From: Folioceros fuciformis
Lineage: Eukaryota
DNA length: 20,000 nucleotides
Direction of reading: 5' to 3'
Assembly (NCBI GenBank): GCA_049999805.1
Contig: JBNGIO010006396.1
Span: 48,775 to 68,774 of the forward strand
Made by a program: the position numbers and the translations under genes. Of the stretch, positions 1-11,026 are shown piece after piece. How positions within the stretch are numbered: position 1 is the stretch's first letter; every line of letters starts with the position of its first letter. The notes below the pieces were generated by a model. That model searched no databases. It had not been told where the DNA came from and saw nothing but the letters and a program-made list of their open reading frames with translations.

Positions 1-1516
1 CTCCCCAACCAGGATGAGGCGCAAGCCTCAGTTCCTTAGAGTCACTTGAACATCAGCCTAGTGGCTTCATGGTGGCAGTGGAGGTTGGGGAGAGTGAAAG
101 AGGATCGAGTGCCTGCCAAGGATGATGCGCTCCACAACTGGAAGATTAGAAAACTGAGGGTGTCGCTGGCCAAATCACAGAGGGAATCGACAAGGGGCAG
201 TGACACAAACAGGCAGCAGGCATCATCACGTCGAGGTCTCTGGTGGAGAAACTAGCTGCCAAGCATCGCGAATGCACCGCCAGTCCCCGAAAGCCTCGGG
301 GACTATGGCTGCCGCTGCTCACAAATACCTGCGAGATTGCCCGAGGACAGAAACTTACAGATTCTGAAGCCACATATCACAAGCTTGTGAAGCAAGCCTA
401 GAATCGAGGAATAAAAGTTGGAACAACGTCCTCTCCGGTTGCCTCAAGACTCTCAATTGCGGCGTCGTCCCGTACCGCAAGCACGGGCAAAGCATCGATC
501 TGAAGGATCGCTCTCAATTCCTGTGAAGTCTTCAGATCGCTCTCAATTCCTGNNNNNNNNNNTCTCAATTCCTGTGAAGTCTTCAGATCGCTCTCAATTC
601 CTGTGAAGTAAGATCTAAAGAGGTCTACCTTCCTCACAATCACTCCGGCTGCGGAGCACGAGATCTTGCAGAAGAAAAGCTGCGCAGTCCACGCATGCAC
701 AAGCAACTACTTCGCAAAACACAACGAAGACTCCTCCCTCCAATAATCCACATGCACTTGCATAGCAAGCTGGGAGAAGCAAACATCAGCAGTGCAGTCA
801 CACTTGCATACTGCCGTAACGCCTACACCAAGATACTAGGCGATCCCAATCACACGTCACCGGTGGGGCTAGTAGTACCTGTACACACCGCTTACGAACG
901 CATGCAACCCGATCCAATCGGATCTGATAATCCTCATCAACAATGGCCGCACAATCACCAAACCCCCGTCCGGATGATGCGCGTCCGCATCCTGATCATC
1001 CAGGAGCTCCATCTCCTTCTCATGCTTCCACAGCAAGGAAACCCTAGGACACAAAGCGTGACGACCTCGACTGGCTGAGGTCACCGCAAGTCGGCGTGCC
1101 GGCGTGCGAGTCAAGCCGCTTCATCGATTACGCTTGACTGTGCCTGGCCTGGCCTTGTCTGGCCTGACCGAACCTGACCCGACCCGACCAGTGTCGCCAT
1201 CTCTCCTCTCCAGAAGCTCGCGCCACCACGCAACAAACTCCCTCAGCGAGAATCTGCTCCCACGACCGCGCCCGTCAAGCATCGCGCTGAGGCCCGCAGT
1301 GCAGCGTGTCCGATTTCGTCACGCGCCTCCACCTTCTCCCTCCCGCAATCATCTCCACGAGACGTCTCGGCAACGTCGCCCGGTGGCCACGGTCTCCAAC
1401 CAAACCACTCCCTCCTCCTCTCCCTGGCGGTGTGCTTGTCCGTGTCCGTGTCCGAATTCACAATTCCACCTGACACCACAACACTGAGGACCTCGAACCA
1501 ACCAGATCCCCAGAGC

Positions 1517-1605
1517 TGACTCCCGACTCCGGACTCCCGACTCCCAACTCCCAACTCCGGACTCCCAACTCCGGACTCCCAACTCCCGACTCCCGACTCC
1601 CGCCT
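1517..1605. repeat. 7-bp tandem repeat (RACTCCS)n, ~12 copies
   Basis: Run of gactccc/gactccg/aactccc units read directly from the sequence. Confidence 0.9.
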
Positions 1606-2319
1606 CCCGTCCTGTCCAGTCCCGACCCGGCCCCCGACACCATCCTTCCATTCAATTCATGATCCACAAACCTACCACCTCCTGCACTGTATTCCCCCAT
1701 CTGCGACGCATGGGCGAGCGTGTGCTATGACAAAATCACACTGACATCACTCCACCACATGGTCCGTCCCTCGGTAACGTGTCCCATCGTCTCCTCCTTC
1801 CTACAACACCCAGATGCACGTCCATGCCCCGATCAACATGGTCGAAACCGCGCCGGGAATATCACCACCACATGCCACTCCTCTTTTTCTCATAAAATGT
1901 ATTAAACAAATATATTTTTGTTTTCTTAATCCCTCCGCACCGGTTTTCTTTAATCAGATTCCGTAATCTCCACATTAAACAAAAAAACAAACCTCATTGC
2001 CAGCCTAAACGACTAAAATCTAGAATCAAGTGAACTAATTACGATTCCAGTCCAGTCCTGTCGAGTCGAGTCGAGTCGCGGCGGAAGGCAGCCACGTTTT
2101 CTCATGGGAAATCGCGTTCTCCATCCGCCTGNNNNNNNNNNNNNNNNNNNNNNNNNNNNNNNNNNNNNNNNNNNNNNNNNNNNNNNNNNNNNNNNNNNNN
2201 NNNNNNNNNNNNNNNNNNNNNNNNNNNNNNNACCTTTTGTCATGGGAAATCGCGTTCTCCATCCGCCTGCTATTCTGGCTGTTTGTGGGTGTTTGACGGG
2301 TGCCAACTTTTCTTCCTCG

Positions 2320-2425
2320 CTCTGCTTGCTTCCTTGCTTCCTTCCTTCCTTCCTTCCTTCTTTCCTTCTTCGGCTTTGCTTTGCTTGGCTTGGCTTGGCT
2401 TGGCTTGATCTGGTGTGGTTTGGTT
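2320..2425. repeat. Compound microsatellite (CTTC)n/(TTGGC)n
   Basis: cttccttccttcc... followed by ttggcttggcttggcttggc. Confidence 0.85.
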
Positions 2426-2814
2426 TCATTCCGTTCAGTGCCGTCCTGTGCTTTCCTTCCCTTTTGTTCTGGGCCATCCTGCATGCCGCATGCCACCCTG
2501 CATGTCCTCCTGGCATTCCCGAGTCTCGTTATCCCCATTGCCTGCATGCCCCATGCATTCCAAGTCAAATTGGAATGGCAGAAAGAGCAGGTTCCTGAGC
2601 TAGCGTCCTTGCTCGCCCACTTCACCCACCCCTCACCCGCCCCCTGCAACATACCTCGTCACCACAGGAACAGTGCACGTACTGCGGCAGCTGGGGGCTT
2701 TCGTCTCCGGGAATGAAACTCCTGAAATCACACTCTTTGTGCCTTGCCAGCTGGGCTGTAAATCTGCGTCCTGTGCGTGGACAGGCACATCAGGATCAGA
2801 GAGCGCGGGGGCTG

Positions 2815-2821
2815 TATAAAT
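2815..2821 (+). promoter_or_regulatory. Candidate TATA box of the GLOX gene
   Basis: TATAAAT in a GC-rich context, followed by a pyrimidine-rich patch, ~550 nt upstream of the ATG. Confidence 0.4.
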
Positions 2822-2971
2822 GTGCCTCGCCTGCTCCTTCTTCCTTCACGTGTTGAATCTGCGCAGGCATTTAGAGCCCTGGTTAAAGGGAGGTAGTGTT
2901 GTATCCGTCCTCCTTACTTCCTCCTCGTCTCCTCAGCTTTTGTTGTTCCTTCCTTCCTTCCTACTTCCTTC

Positions 2972-3007
2972 TGCAGTGCAGTGCAGTGCAGTGCGGTGCG
3001 GTGCGGT
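2972..3007. repeat. Pentanucleotide microsatellite (TGCAG)n(TGCGG)n
   Basis: tgcagtgcagtgcagtgcagtgcggtgcggtgcgg. Confidence 0.85.
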
Positions 3008-3373
3008 CCAGTTCAAGGCGGCAAAGCGCAGGGGCCTGGCATTCTTGCTTTCCTCTGCCAGTTTCTGACAGTTTCCACGGCCCGCTCCAAATTAACGTCT
3101 CCATTTGTACCACTTCTTTAAATAAGTCGAGGCAGAGGAGGGGCCCGGGACCAGCTGTGCTCTGGGTGCGCATGAATTGCGACAAGGAGAGCCGTCCAGG
3201 TCCAGGACAGGCTCTTGGTGGGCAGCACTGACTTGCTTCGATTAGGATTCGATTTGAGTCGTCTCGTTCCCATTCGGAGGTCGAGGCCGCGGCCGAGGCC
3301 GGGGCCGGGTCCGGGGCCGGCACCGATAGAGAGCAGGCCTGGGAGGGAGGACAAGGGGAGGAAGGAAGGAAGG

Positions 3374-5381
3374 ATGAGGATTGTGACCGGGTTTGCGGTG
3401 CTCGCTACGCTGCTGCATTTGCTGGGAGCTCAAGGGCAGTATCTCGCCGTCAGTCCCGGGAGGTTCCAGCTGCTGGTGGGGAATGGCGGGGTGTCGGCCA
3501 TGCATATGTTCCTCACCATCGCCAACACTGTCGTGCTCTTCGACCGGACGGATTACGGGCCGTCGCAGATTCTGTTGCCCAACGGGGTATGCAGGAACGA
3601 CCCCAAAGATTTGGCGCTCACCGTGGACTGTTACGCGCATTCCGTGGAGCTGGACTTAGCCAACAATGCTGTAAGGCCGCTCTTCCTCTTCTCCGACACC
3701 TGGTGCTCTTCTGGGGCCACCGCTGCCAACGGGACGCTCATTCACACCGGAGGCTACAACGACGGGGAGAAGGTGGGTTCCTGGAGTGAGGAATTTGGTA
3801 TCTTAAGGAAAACTGGCCTGCTCAATTGAACTGGCCTGCTCAATTGAAGAAGTAGATAAGTGAAACAAATTTCGTGGGTTGTCGGTGCAGGTCGTGAGGG
3901 AATTCACACCTTGTTCGGATGGGTCGTGCGACTGGGTCGAGCTTCCGTCTTCTCAGGCGGCGCTTGCAGTCAAGAGATGGTACGCTACCAACCACATCCT
4001 CCCGGACGGCAAGACCAGCATCGTGGTGGGAGGGACTGGGGCCTTCAGCTACGAATTTGTGCCCAGGCCGACCGGGCAGGGGGCCATCAATTTTCCCTTC
4101 TTGAGAGAGACCAATGTGCAGGGCGTGCAGAATAATCTGTACCCCTTTGTGTTTCTCATGCCTGATGGGAACCTCTTCATCTTTGCCAACAACCAGTCCA
4201 TCGCCTTCAACTACAAAACCAACAAGGTGAGTGACGACTGCAGTCTGTGTAAAACTTTTGTGCACCATTCTCTGATTCAGAGGCTGCTCTTTCCAATTCA
4301 CACGACGCTGGCAGAGAATAGATCTACAGAGGATTAGATGACATCTCAGACTGATGTAATGGGTTGGAAGCAGGTGGTGAGGACGTACCCGGTGTTGAAT
4401 AGCGCTGGAGGAGGCAGAAACTATCCTTCCACGGGGAGCGCCGTGTTGCTTCCGTTGCTCGCAAGACAGGGCTTCTCCAGAGCTGAGGTGCTGGTGTGCG
4501 GGGGAGCTCCGGTTCAGGCTTTCCAACAGGCCAACAAGAAGGTGTTCTTGCCAGCCCTGGCCGATTGCGGGCGGCTCACAATCACGGACTCAAATCCCGC
4601 CTGGAGAATCGAGACCATGCCCACCTCATGGGTGATGATGGACATGGTTCTGCTGCCCACGCAGGAGGTTCTCCTCATCAATGGGGCTGCTCTCGGGGTT
4701 GCAGGCTGGGGCCTGGCAGACAACCCTGTCTTCAGCCCTGCGCTCTACAGACCCAATGGCTCTTTCGGCTTCAGATTCACTGTAAGCTGAGCTGGCTGCC
4801 GTTGTTTTAGTTGTCCTCACGTCAGTCTCCAGCAAGTGCATGTCTCAAGTGACGTATTGTGGTTCTTTGGAATGTGGCAGACTCTGGAGGCAGCCACCAT
4901 CCCAAGGATGTACCACTCTACAGCGGTGCTGCTGCCCGACACCCGCGTGCTGGTGGGCGGCTCCAACACGCATTCCGGCTATGTCTTCAGCGGGAAGTAT
5001 CCCACCGAGCTCAGGCTGGAAGCCTACTCTCCATATTACCTGGATGCGGAACATGACATCCTGCGGCCCAGCATTACCAGCCTGTCCACAACAAGAGCAG
5101 CATATGGCAGCAGCGTCGACGTGACCTTCTCTCTGGCAACCATTCCCAATTTCAGGTTCGCGGTCGCTTTATACCATCCGCCCTTCACAACCCATTCCTT
5201 CGGCCAGGGGCAAAGACTCCTCATGTTGGCAAACACCAACCCTGTTTCAGCCGGGGGTGGAGTGTATACCACCACTGTCAGAGTTCCAGACAACAACGTC
5301 CATGCCCCTGCAGGCTACCATCTCCTGTTCCTCGTCAATTCCGGTGTCCCCAGCGCAGGAGCCTGGCTGCAGCTTGCCTAA
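3374..5381 (+). CDS. GLOX: Secreted glyoxal oxidase / aldehyde oxidase GLOX-like copper radical oxidase (galactose oxidase family), 4 exons, ~547 aa
   Basis: Exons 3374-3772, 3891-4226, 4374-4781 and 4881-5381 join in frame through three phase-0 GT-AG introns (118, 147, 99 nt). There is a signal peptide (MRIVTGFAVLATLLHLLGAQG). Family motifs present: GVSAMHM, FDRTDYG, DTWCSSG, RWYATN, NNLYPF, RNYPSTGS, PRMYHSTAVLLPD, PPFTTHS, PAGYHLLF. The Cys/Tyr/Tyr/His/His copper-radical residues are all present. Confidence 0.95.
3811..3846. repeat. Exact 18-bp tandem duplication in GLOX intron 1
   Basis: AACTGGCCTGCTCAATTG x2. Confidence 0.9.
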
Positions 5382-6162
5382 CTTAACCTCACACCTTGGC
5401 ACTATGTCTCAGCAGACGGCTCGCAGATCAGCTGGGCACAGGGAAACTACCTGCCTGGGCTGTCAGTCAGGATCACAAAACCAACGAAGCTTGGTTTTGC
5501 CATCGACTCTTGTGCTTGGTCTTCGGCTGGATCACTTACACGACTGCTGTGCCTGCTCTACCTACGTCCATTTTCATGTCCAAGAGTGGCATTAGGTCCC
5601 AACATATATCCCTAATTGTTGGAGAGCCTCTAGGGCATCAACCAGCCTCCAGGAATCAGGAAATTTGTGATCATTGAAGATGAACAGGAGCTCAGAGCTA
5701 TCCGAATCCCTACTATTGTAGAGTAGTAGGCTCCAGCAGTATTCTTTCAGCGCGCTAGCGATTTTGGAATCACCCCATTCCTTGTAGTTAGTAAGGCAGT
5801 CCCTGCAATCATAAAAGAAAACTCATACATTTCTTACAGGCAGGCCCATTGTTCACCTGAAGTAAACGACAGACAGTCAAGACAGCCCGCATGTTACGTG
5901 ACACATGCAACCCACAAAACAAGGAGACTGCGCGTGCAAGAGTGTTAGCCTGGATGCTCTCTGCATGTACGCGTTCTTACATGGAATCTCCTGCTTCCAG
6001 CTTGACTTGCTATGTTGCACAAGGCGGCTGCCGTCCCAGGCCATTGGCCACTGCTGGTACACGGAGCTCCGCAGCTCACAGCGATGACAGCACGTCCCAC
6101 ACGCAGGGATTTGCAACAGCAACAGTGTGCCAAGTAGACAGCTGGCTTCTGCAGTGCTCGTC

Positions 6163-6285
6163 GCTGCCGGCTATGCATACCACAGTGGACAACTAATTTT
6201 CAGGTTGCCCGTTATGCATTTCATAGTGAACAACTCTCTTTTCTGCTGCCGGCGATGCATTCCAGGGTGGACAAGCTTTCTTGTT
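6163..6285. repeat. Degenerate 41-bp minisatellite, 3 copies
   Basis: Units start at 6163, 6204 and 6245; consensus GYTGCCSGY-ATGCAT--CA--GTGRACAA. Confidence 0.8.
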
Positions 6286-6787
6286 CTTCTCCATCACTGG
6301 ATGTTTGAAACCTCCTTGCAAAAGGCTCAGAGCGGTTTGCACATTGATTCACAAAGCACACAGCAAGTTGTGATCAAAACGTTTCACGGGGTGGCTGATT
6401 TCCAATAGTGAGATAAATTTCGGAGGCCTGATAGGATTGAGGATACGAAGAGAATCAGATGCTTCAACCTGAGTTTTTTGCATTTCAAAAAGCAGACAAC
6501 CATACAGCTTCTGCAAACTTCTGTTTCAACATGAGTAACCCTCGTCGGATACAAAACACGCTGAAAAAACCTTCGCCGCAAGCTGACAGTGCGCGGAGCC
6601 CTCTGCTACCCTGAATGACCTCACTACAACAGCAGTGTACAACCTCACAAGCCCAGGGCATGCTACAAACAACCTGCACCCGATACTTCAGCTGCCCGTG
6701 GGGCGTGCAAAACGTCCCGAGATCAGCCTTGCTGCGCAGCCTGACGCAAGACCTGGAGAGAAAACAGGCAAGTTATCCAATCCCACC

Positions 6788-7456
<669 letters not shown>

Positions 7457-8011
7457 CTAAGCAGTTTACAGCGATGCTGTGTGCCCGCACACTGAATGCC
7501 CTTCGTAGAGGAAGTTCACCAAGCCCTAGAAAAAGCCCTAAAACGCGAAGTCCTGCATAATTCGTCTTTTATCTAAAACTGTCTCCTGTCAGAAACGAAG
7601 GGCCGAGACGATGGAAAATCGAGGAACCTCGATCCTTCAAGTGCTGGTCGCCCTCGATAGACGATGGTGGGCTCCTGCCGGGGCTGGTGGAATTCTGTCA
7701 GGCAGAGGGGAATGCCGTTTTGTAGACCGTTCGGCTGCAGCTGGATTCTGATGGGAGGCTCGTTGGCAGGGAAATTGGTGGAGACGATTTTTTTGGGACC
7801 CTGCGCCTTAGTGGGATTCCAGGCAAGTAAAGAACAACCGCAGATGGCCTGAGGTCTGGGACAGGCAGGCCCACGAGATCCTCTGGTTGATCTATTCGGA
7901 CAAGGCAACTGCTGGGTGTGTGGATGTGGAGCCTTGTGGTTTGGATAGGGGGACTGTGCATTGTGCCTCCGTCGGGTGCTGTCGGGGCCTGGAGGGTTAC
8001 TACAAGGGGTA

Positions 8012-11000
8012 ATGGCTGACACAGTGAGGAAGCTATGTGATGGGGGTCTGCTCACAGAGGCTGTTGAAGCTTTGGGTGTTTTGGTGCAGACTGACATCTG
8101 TCTTTCCAAATTCCTATTCTATGCGGTGCTGAAGCAATGTGTGGTCAAGAGGGATGTGGTTCTGGGGAGCCGAGTGCATGCATTCTCGGTGAGGAAGGGG
8201 TACGAGTCAGATACGTTTCTGGGCAACCACATTCTGCGAATGTATGCTTCTCATGGCAGGTTGCAGGAAGCGATGAATGTGTTCGAAGCTGTTGCTGAAC
8301 CGGATGCCTTTATGTGGTCTTCCATAATATCTGCGCATGTGAAGCACGGACAAGACAAGCAGGCAATACTTTTGTACCATCGAACGCGCGGATCCAGTGT
8401 GAAGTTAGATGGGCATGTCTTTGTGGCAGCGCTGCAAGCCTGTGCGAGGGATGGGGACTTGAAAACCGGACAGCAGGTTCATGCTGATGTGTTGGTAAGT
8501 GGCTTGGAGTCTGACTTGTTTGTAGGTAACGGCTTGGTAAACATGTATGCAAAGTGTGGCTGCTTGGAGGACGCTCAGGGAGTGTTTGATGGACTCCATA
8601 ACAAGAATGTGGTGACGTGGAATGCCATGATAGGAGGGTATTCCCAGCAGGGTATGGGCCACCAGGCCCTCCGTCTCTACTGTGCAATGGAAGAGGAAGG
8701 CGTCATTGTACCCAATTCCGTGACATTTGTGTGCCTCCTTCAGGCATGTGCAAGTGTTGGCACCTCGGCGTTGGAGAGGGGGAAGCAGCTTCATGCCCAA
8801 ATCAGGCAACTAGGACATGAATCTGATAGGTTTGTTGCGAACAGTTTGCTGAACATGTACGCGAAATGCGGCAGCTTAAACGATGCTTGGAGAGTGTTTG
8901 ACGGCCTTGGTCAGAAAGATGTGCTGATGTGGAATGTCCTGATAGCAGGGTGCGTCCATCAGGGCAGACACCAGGATGCCCTTAGTCTTTACAGTGCGAT
9001 GCTGGAAGAGGGTGTGGCTGTACCCGATTCCGTAACGTTTGTTGGCCTCCTCCAAGCATGTGCAAGTTTGGGCACACCGGCCTTAGGGAAGGGGAAACAG
9101 CTTCACGTGCACATCAGAGAACGGGGGCATCAAGGTGATGCCTTTGTAGGTAGCAGTCTTGTGAACATGTATGCCAAGTGCGGTAGCATAGAACATGCTC
9201 TTAGAGTTTTCGATGGGCTTGGTCAGAAGCATGTGGTGACATGGACTGCCATGATAAGTGGATATGCTCAGCAGGGCATGCCTCAGGAAGCCTTTCGTCT
9301 TTACAGTGCCATGCAAGAGCAAGCCATGTCTGTACCTGATTCTGTGACATTTGTTTGCCTCCTACAAGCATGTGCCAGTTTAGGTGCCCAGGCTTTAGAG
9401 AAGGGTAGGCAACTTCATTCGCAAATCAGGGAGCTAGGACACCAAACCGATGTGTATGTGGCAAACGCTTTGGTGAACATGTACGCAAAGTGTGGTAGCT
9501 TGGGAGACGCCGAGAGACTATTTGATGGACTTGGTCATAAAGATGTGGTAACGTGGACCTCCATGATAGCAGGGTATTACCAGCAGGGCATGGGGCACAA
9601 AGCCCTTTGTGTTTACAGTGCTATGCAACAAGAAGGCATGGCTGTGCCTGATTCCGTGACGTTTGTGTGCCTCCTACAGGCATGTGCAAGTGTGGGCGCC
9701 CCAGCCTTGGACAAAGGCAAGCAGCTTCATGGTCTAATCAGGGAACTAGGACGTGAAGTTGATGAGTTCCTTGCAAACAGTTTGGTTAACATGTATTCAA
9801 AGTGTGGCAGCTTGGAAGACGCTCGAAGAGTATTCGATCGGCTTGGCCAAAAGGACGTGGCTACGTGGAACGCTATAATAGCAGGATATTCTCAGCAGGG
9901 TATGGGGCAGGAAGCTCTTCTCCTCTACAGCAGTATGCAACAAGACAGCTTGGCTGTGCCCGACACTGTGACATTCATGTGCCTCCTTCAGACATGTGCC
10001 AATGTGTCAGCTTTACATCTTGGCAGGCAGCTACACGCACAGATCGTAGAACAAGGGCTTCAGGCTGACGTGTGTATAGCCGGCAGTTTGATACACATGT
10101 ATGGAAAGTGTGGGAGCACGGTTGATGCGCAGCTTGTCTTTGACGCCCTGCTTGAACGAGATGTGGTCACATGGAATGCACTCATCGCCGGCTACACCTG
10201 CCAAGGAGACAGTGATGTGGTCTTTGCCTTGATTCCGAGAATGAGAGACGAAGGCACACAACCAAACGGTGTCACATTCCTCAGTGTACTAACAGTGTGC
10301 AGTCATGCAGGTCTAGTGAGCAAGGGGTGGGAGTACTTTGAGGCCATGGGTAGAGAGTACAGCATAACTCCTACAGAGAACCATTACACTTGCATGGTGG
10401 ATATTCTGGGTCGCGGCGGACAACTGGAGGAGGCTCTACGTCTCGTCAAGTCAATGCCCACACCACCAAGTACTCCAGTATGGCACATTCTGCTGGGTGC
10501 ATGTCAGAAATGGAGCAATGTGGAGGTCGCAACCCATGCTTTCAATGAAGCACTGAAGCTAGACAGAAACGATGCCACCGCATACGTGTTGATGTCGAAC
10601 ACTTTCACCAGTGCCCAGATGTGGAAGCAGGCACAGAACATCCATGCACAGAGGAAGCTAATCAGGGCATGGAAGCAGCCTGGTCAGAGCTGGTGGACAG
10701 ACCAAGGTGGACTGGTCCACAGCTTTTTGGTGGGGGATGAGAAGCATCTTCAGGGCCGCCAAGGAAGGATTAGGCAGATACTCCCTACCTTGAACACACA
10801 AGAATCTGTAGTGCACCTCAAGTCATCACTGACAGCAGGGAATCTGCTGTCTGACACGGAGGAACTTCGTCCATGTGGACACAGCGAGACGCTGGCTCTC
10901 TCTTATTCCCGAAGGAATGTTCTCCATGGTTCCACCATAGTCACAGCCAAAGATCTACGTCCTTACACATGTCGAGAATGGTTGTTTCAAACACATGCAA

Positions 11001-11026
11001 TTTGGATGCTAACCGTGCAGGGTTGA
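8012..11026 (+). CDS. PLS-class pentatricopeptide repeat protein (~23 P/L/S motifs + E1 + E2 + PG box) with truncated, frameshifted DYW domain; organellar RNA editing factor family
   Basis: Repeating triplets VVTWN/TAMI..Y, VTFVCLLQAC and NSLVNMYAKCG, then P2-L2-S2 (VTWNALIAGY, VTFLSVLTVCSHAGLV, HYTCMVDILGRGG), E1 (VWHILLGAC), E2 (AYVLMSN), KQPGQSWWTD and GHSETLAL. First in-frame ATG is 8012; the real start may be 7664 via an intron (see findings). Confidence 0.93.
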   Translation: MADTVRKLCDGGLLTEAVEALGVLVQTDICLSKFLFYAVLKQCVVKRDVVLGSRVHAFSVRKGYESDTFLGNHILRMYASHGRLQEAMNVFEAVAEPDAFMWSSIISAHVKHGQDKQAILLYHRTRGSSVKLDGHVFVAALQACARDGDLKTGQQVHADVLVSGLESDLFVGNGLVNMYAKCGCLEDAQGVFDGLHNKNVVTWNAMIGGYSQQGMGHQALRLYCAMEEEGVIVPNSVTFVCLLQACASVGTSALERGKQLHAQIRQLGHESDRFVANSLLNMYAKCGSLNDAWRVFDGLGQKDVLMWNVLIAGCVHQGRHQDALSLYSAMLEEGVAVPDSVTFVGLLQACASLGTPALGKGKQLHVHIRERGHQGDAFVGSSLVNMYAKCGSIEHALRVFDGLGQKHVVTWTAMISGYAQQGMPQEAFRLYSAMQEQAMSVPDSVTFVCLLQACASLGAQALEKGRQLHSQIRELGHQTDVYVANALVNMYAKCGSLGDAERLFDGLGHKDVVTWTSMIAGYYQQGMGHKALCVYSAMQQEGMAVPDSVTFVCLLQACASVGAPALDKGKQLHGLIRELGREVDEFLANSLVNMYSKCGSLEDARRVFDRLGQKDVATWNAIIAGYSQQGMGQEALLLYSSMQQDSLAVPDTVTFMCLLQTCANVSALHLGRQLHAQIVEQGLQADVCIAGSLIHMYGKCGSTVDAQLVFDALLERDVVTWNALIAGYTCQGDSDVVFALIPRMRDEGTQPNGVTFLSVLTVCSHAGLVSKGWEYFEAMGREYSITPTENHYTCMVDILGRGGQLEEALRLVKSMPTPPSTPVWHILLGACQKWSNVEVATHAFNEALKLDRNDATAYVLMSNTFTSAQMWKQAQNIHAQRKLIRAWKQPGQSWWTDQGGLVHSFLVGDEKHLQGRQGRIRQILPTLNTQESVVHLKSSLTAGNLLSDTEELRPCGHSETLALSYSRRNVLHGSTIVTAKDLRPYTCREWLFQTHAIWMLTVQG

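Noticed and set aside
68-79. Perfect GCCACCATG Kozak context on the minus strand
   Set aside because: Encodes only MKPLG before a stop; no further support.
507-607. 29-bp repeat GATCGCTCTCAATTCCTGTGAAGTCTTCA around an N gap, superficially CRISPR-like
   Set aside because: No spacers, plant context, and the copies flank a scaffold gap, so copy number is unreliable.
2097-2270. Duplicated ~30 bp on both sides of a ~100-N gap
   Set aside because: Typical contig-overlap artefact.
695-3370. Numerous 60-200 aa ORFs on both strands
   Set aside because: Low-complexity, microsatellite-driven frames with no recognisable domain.
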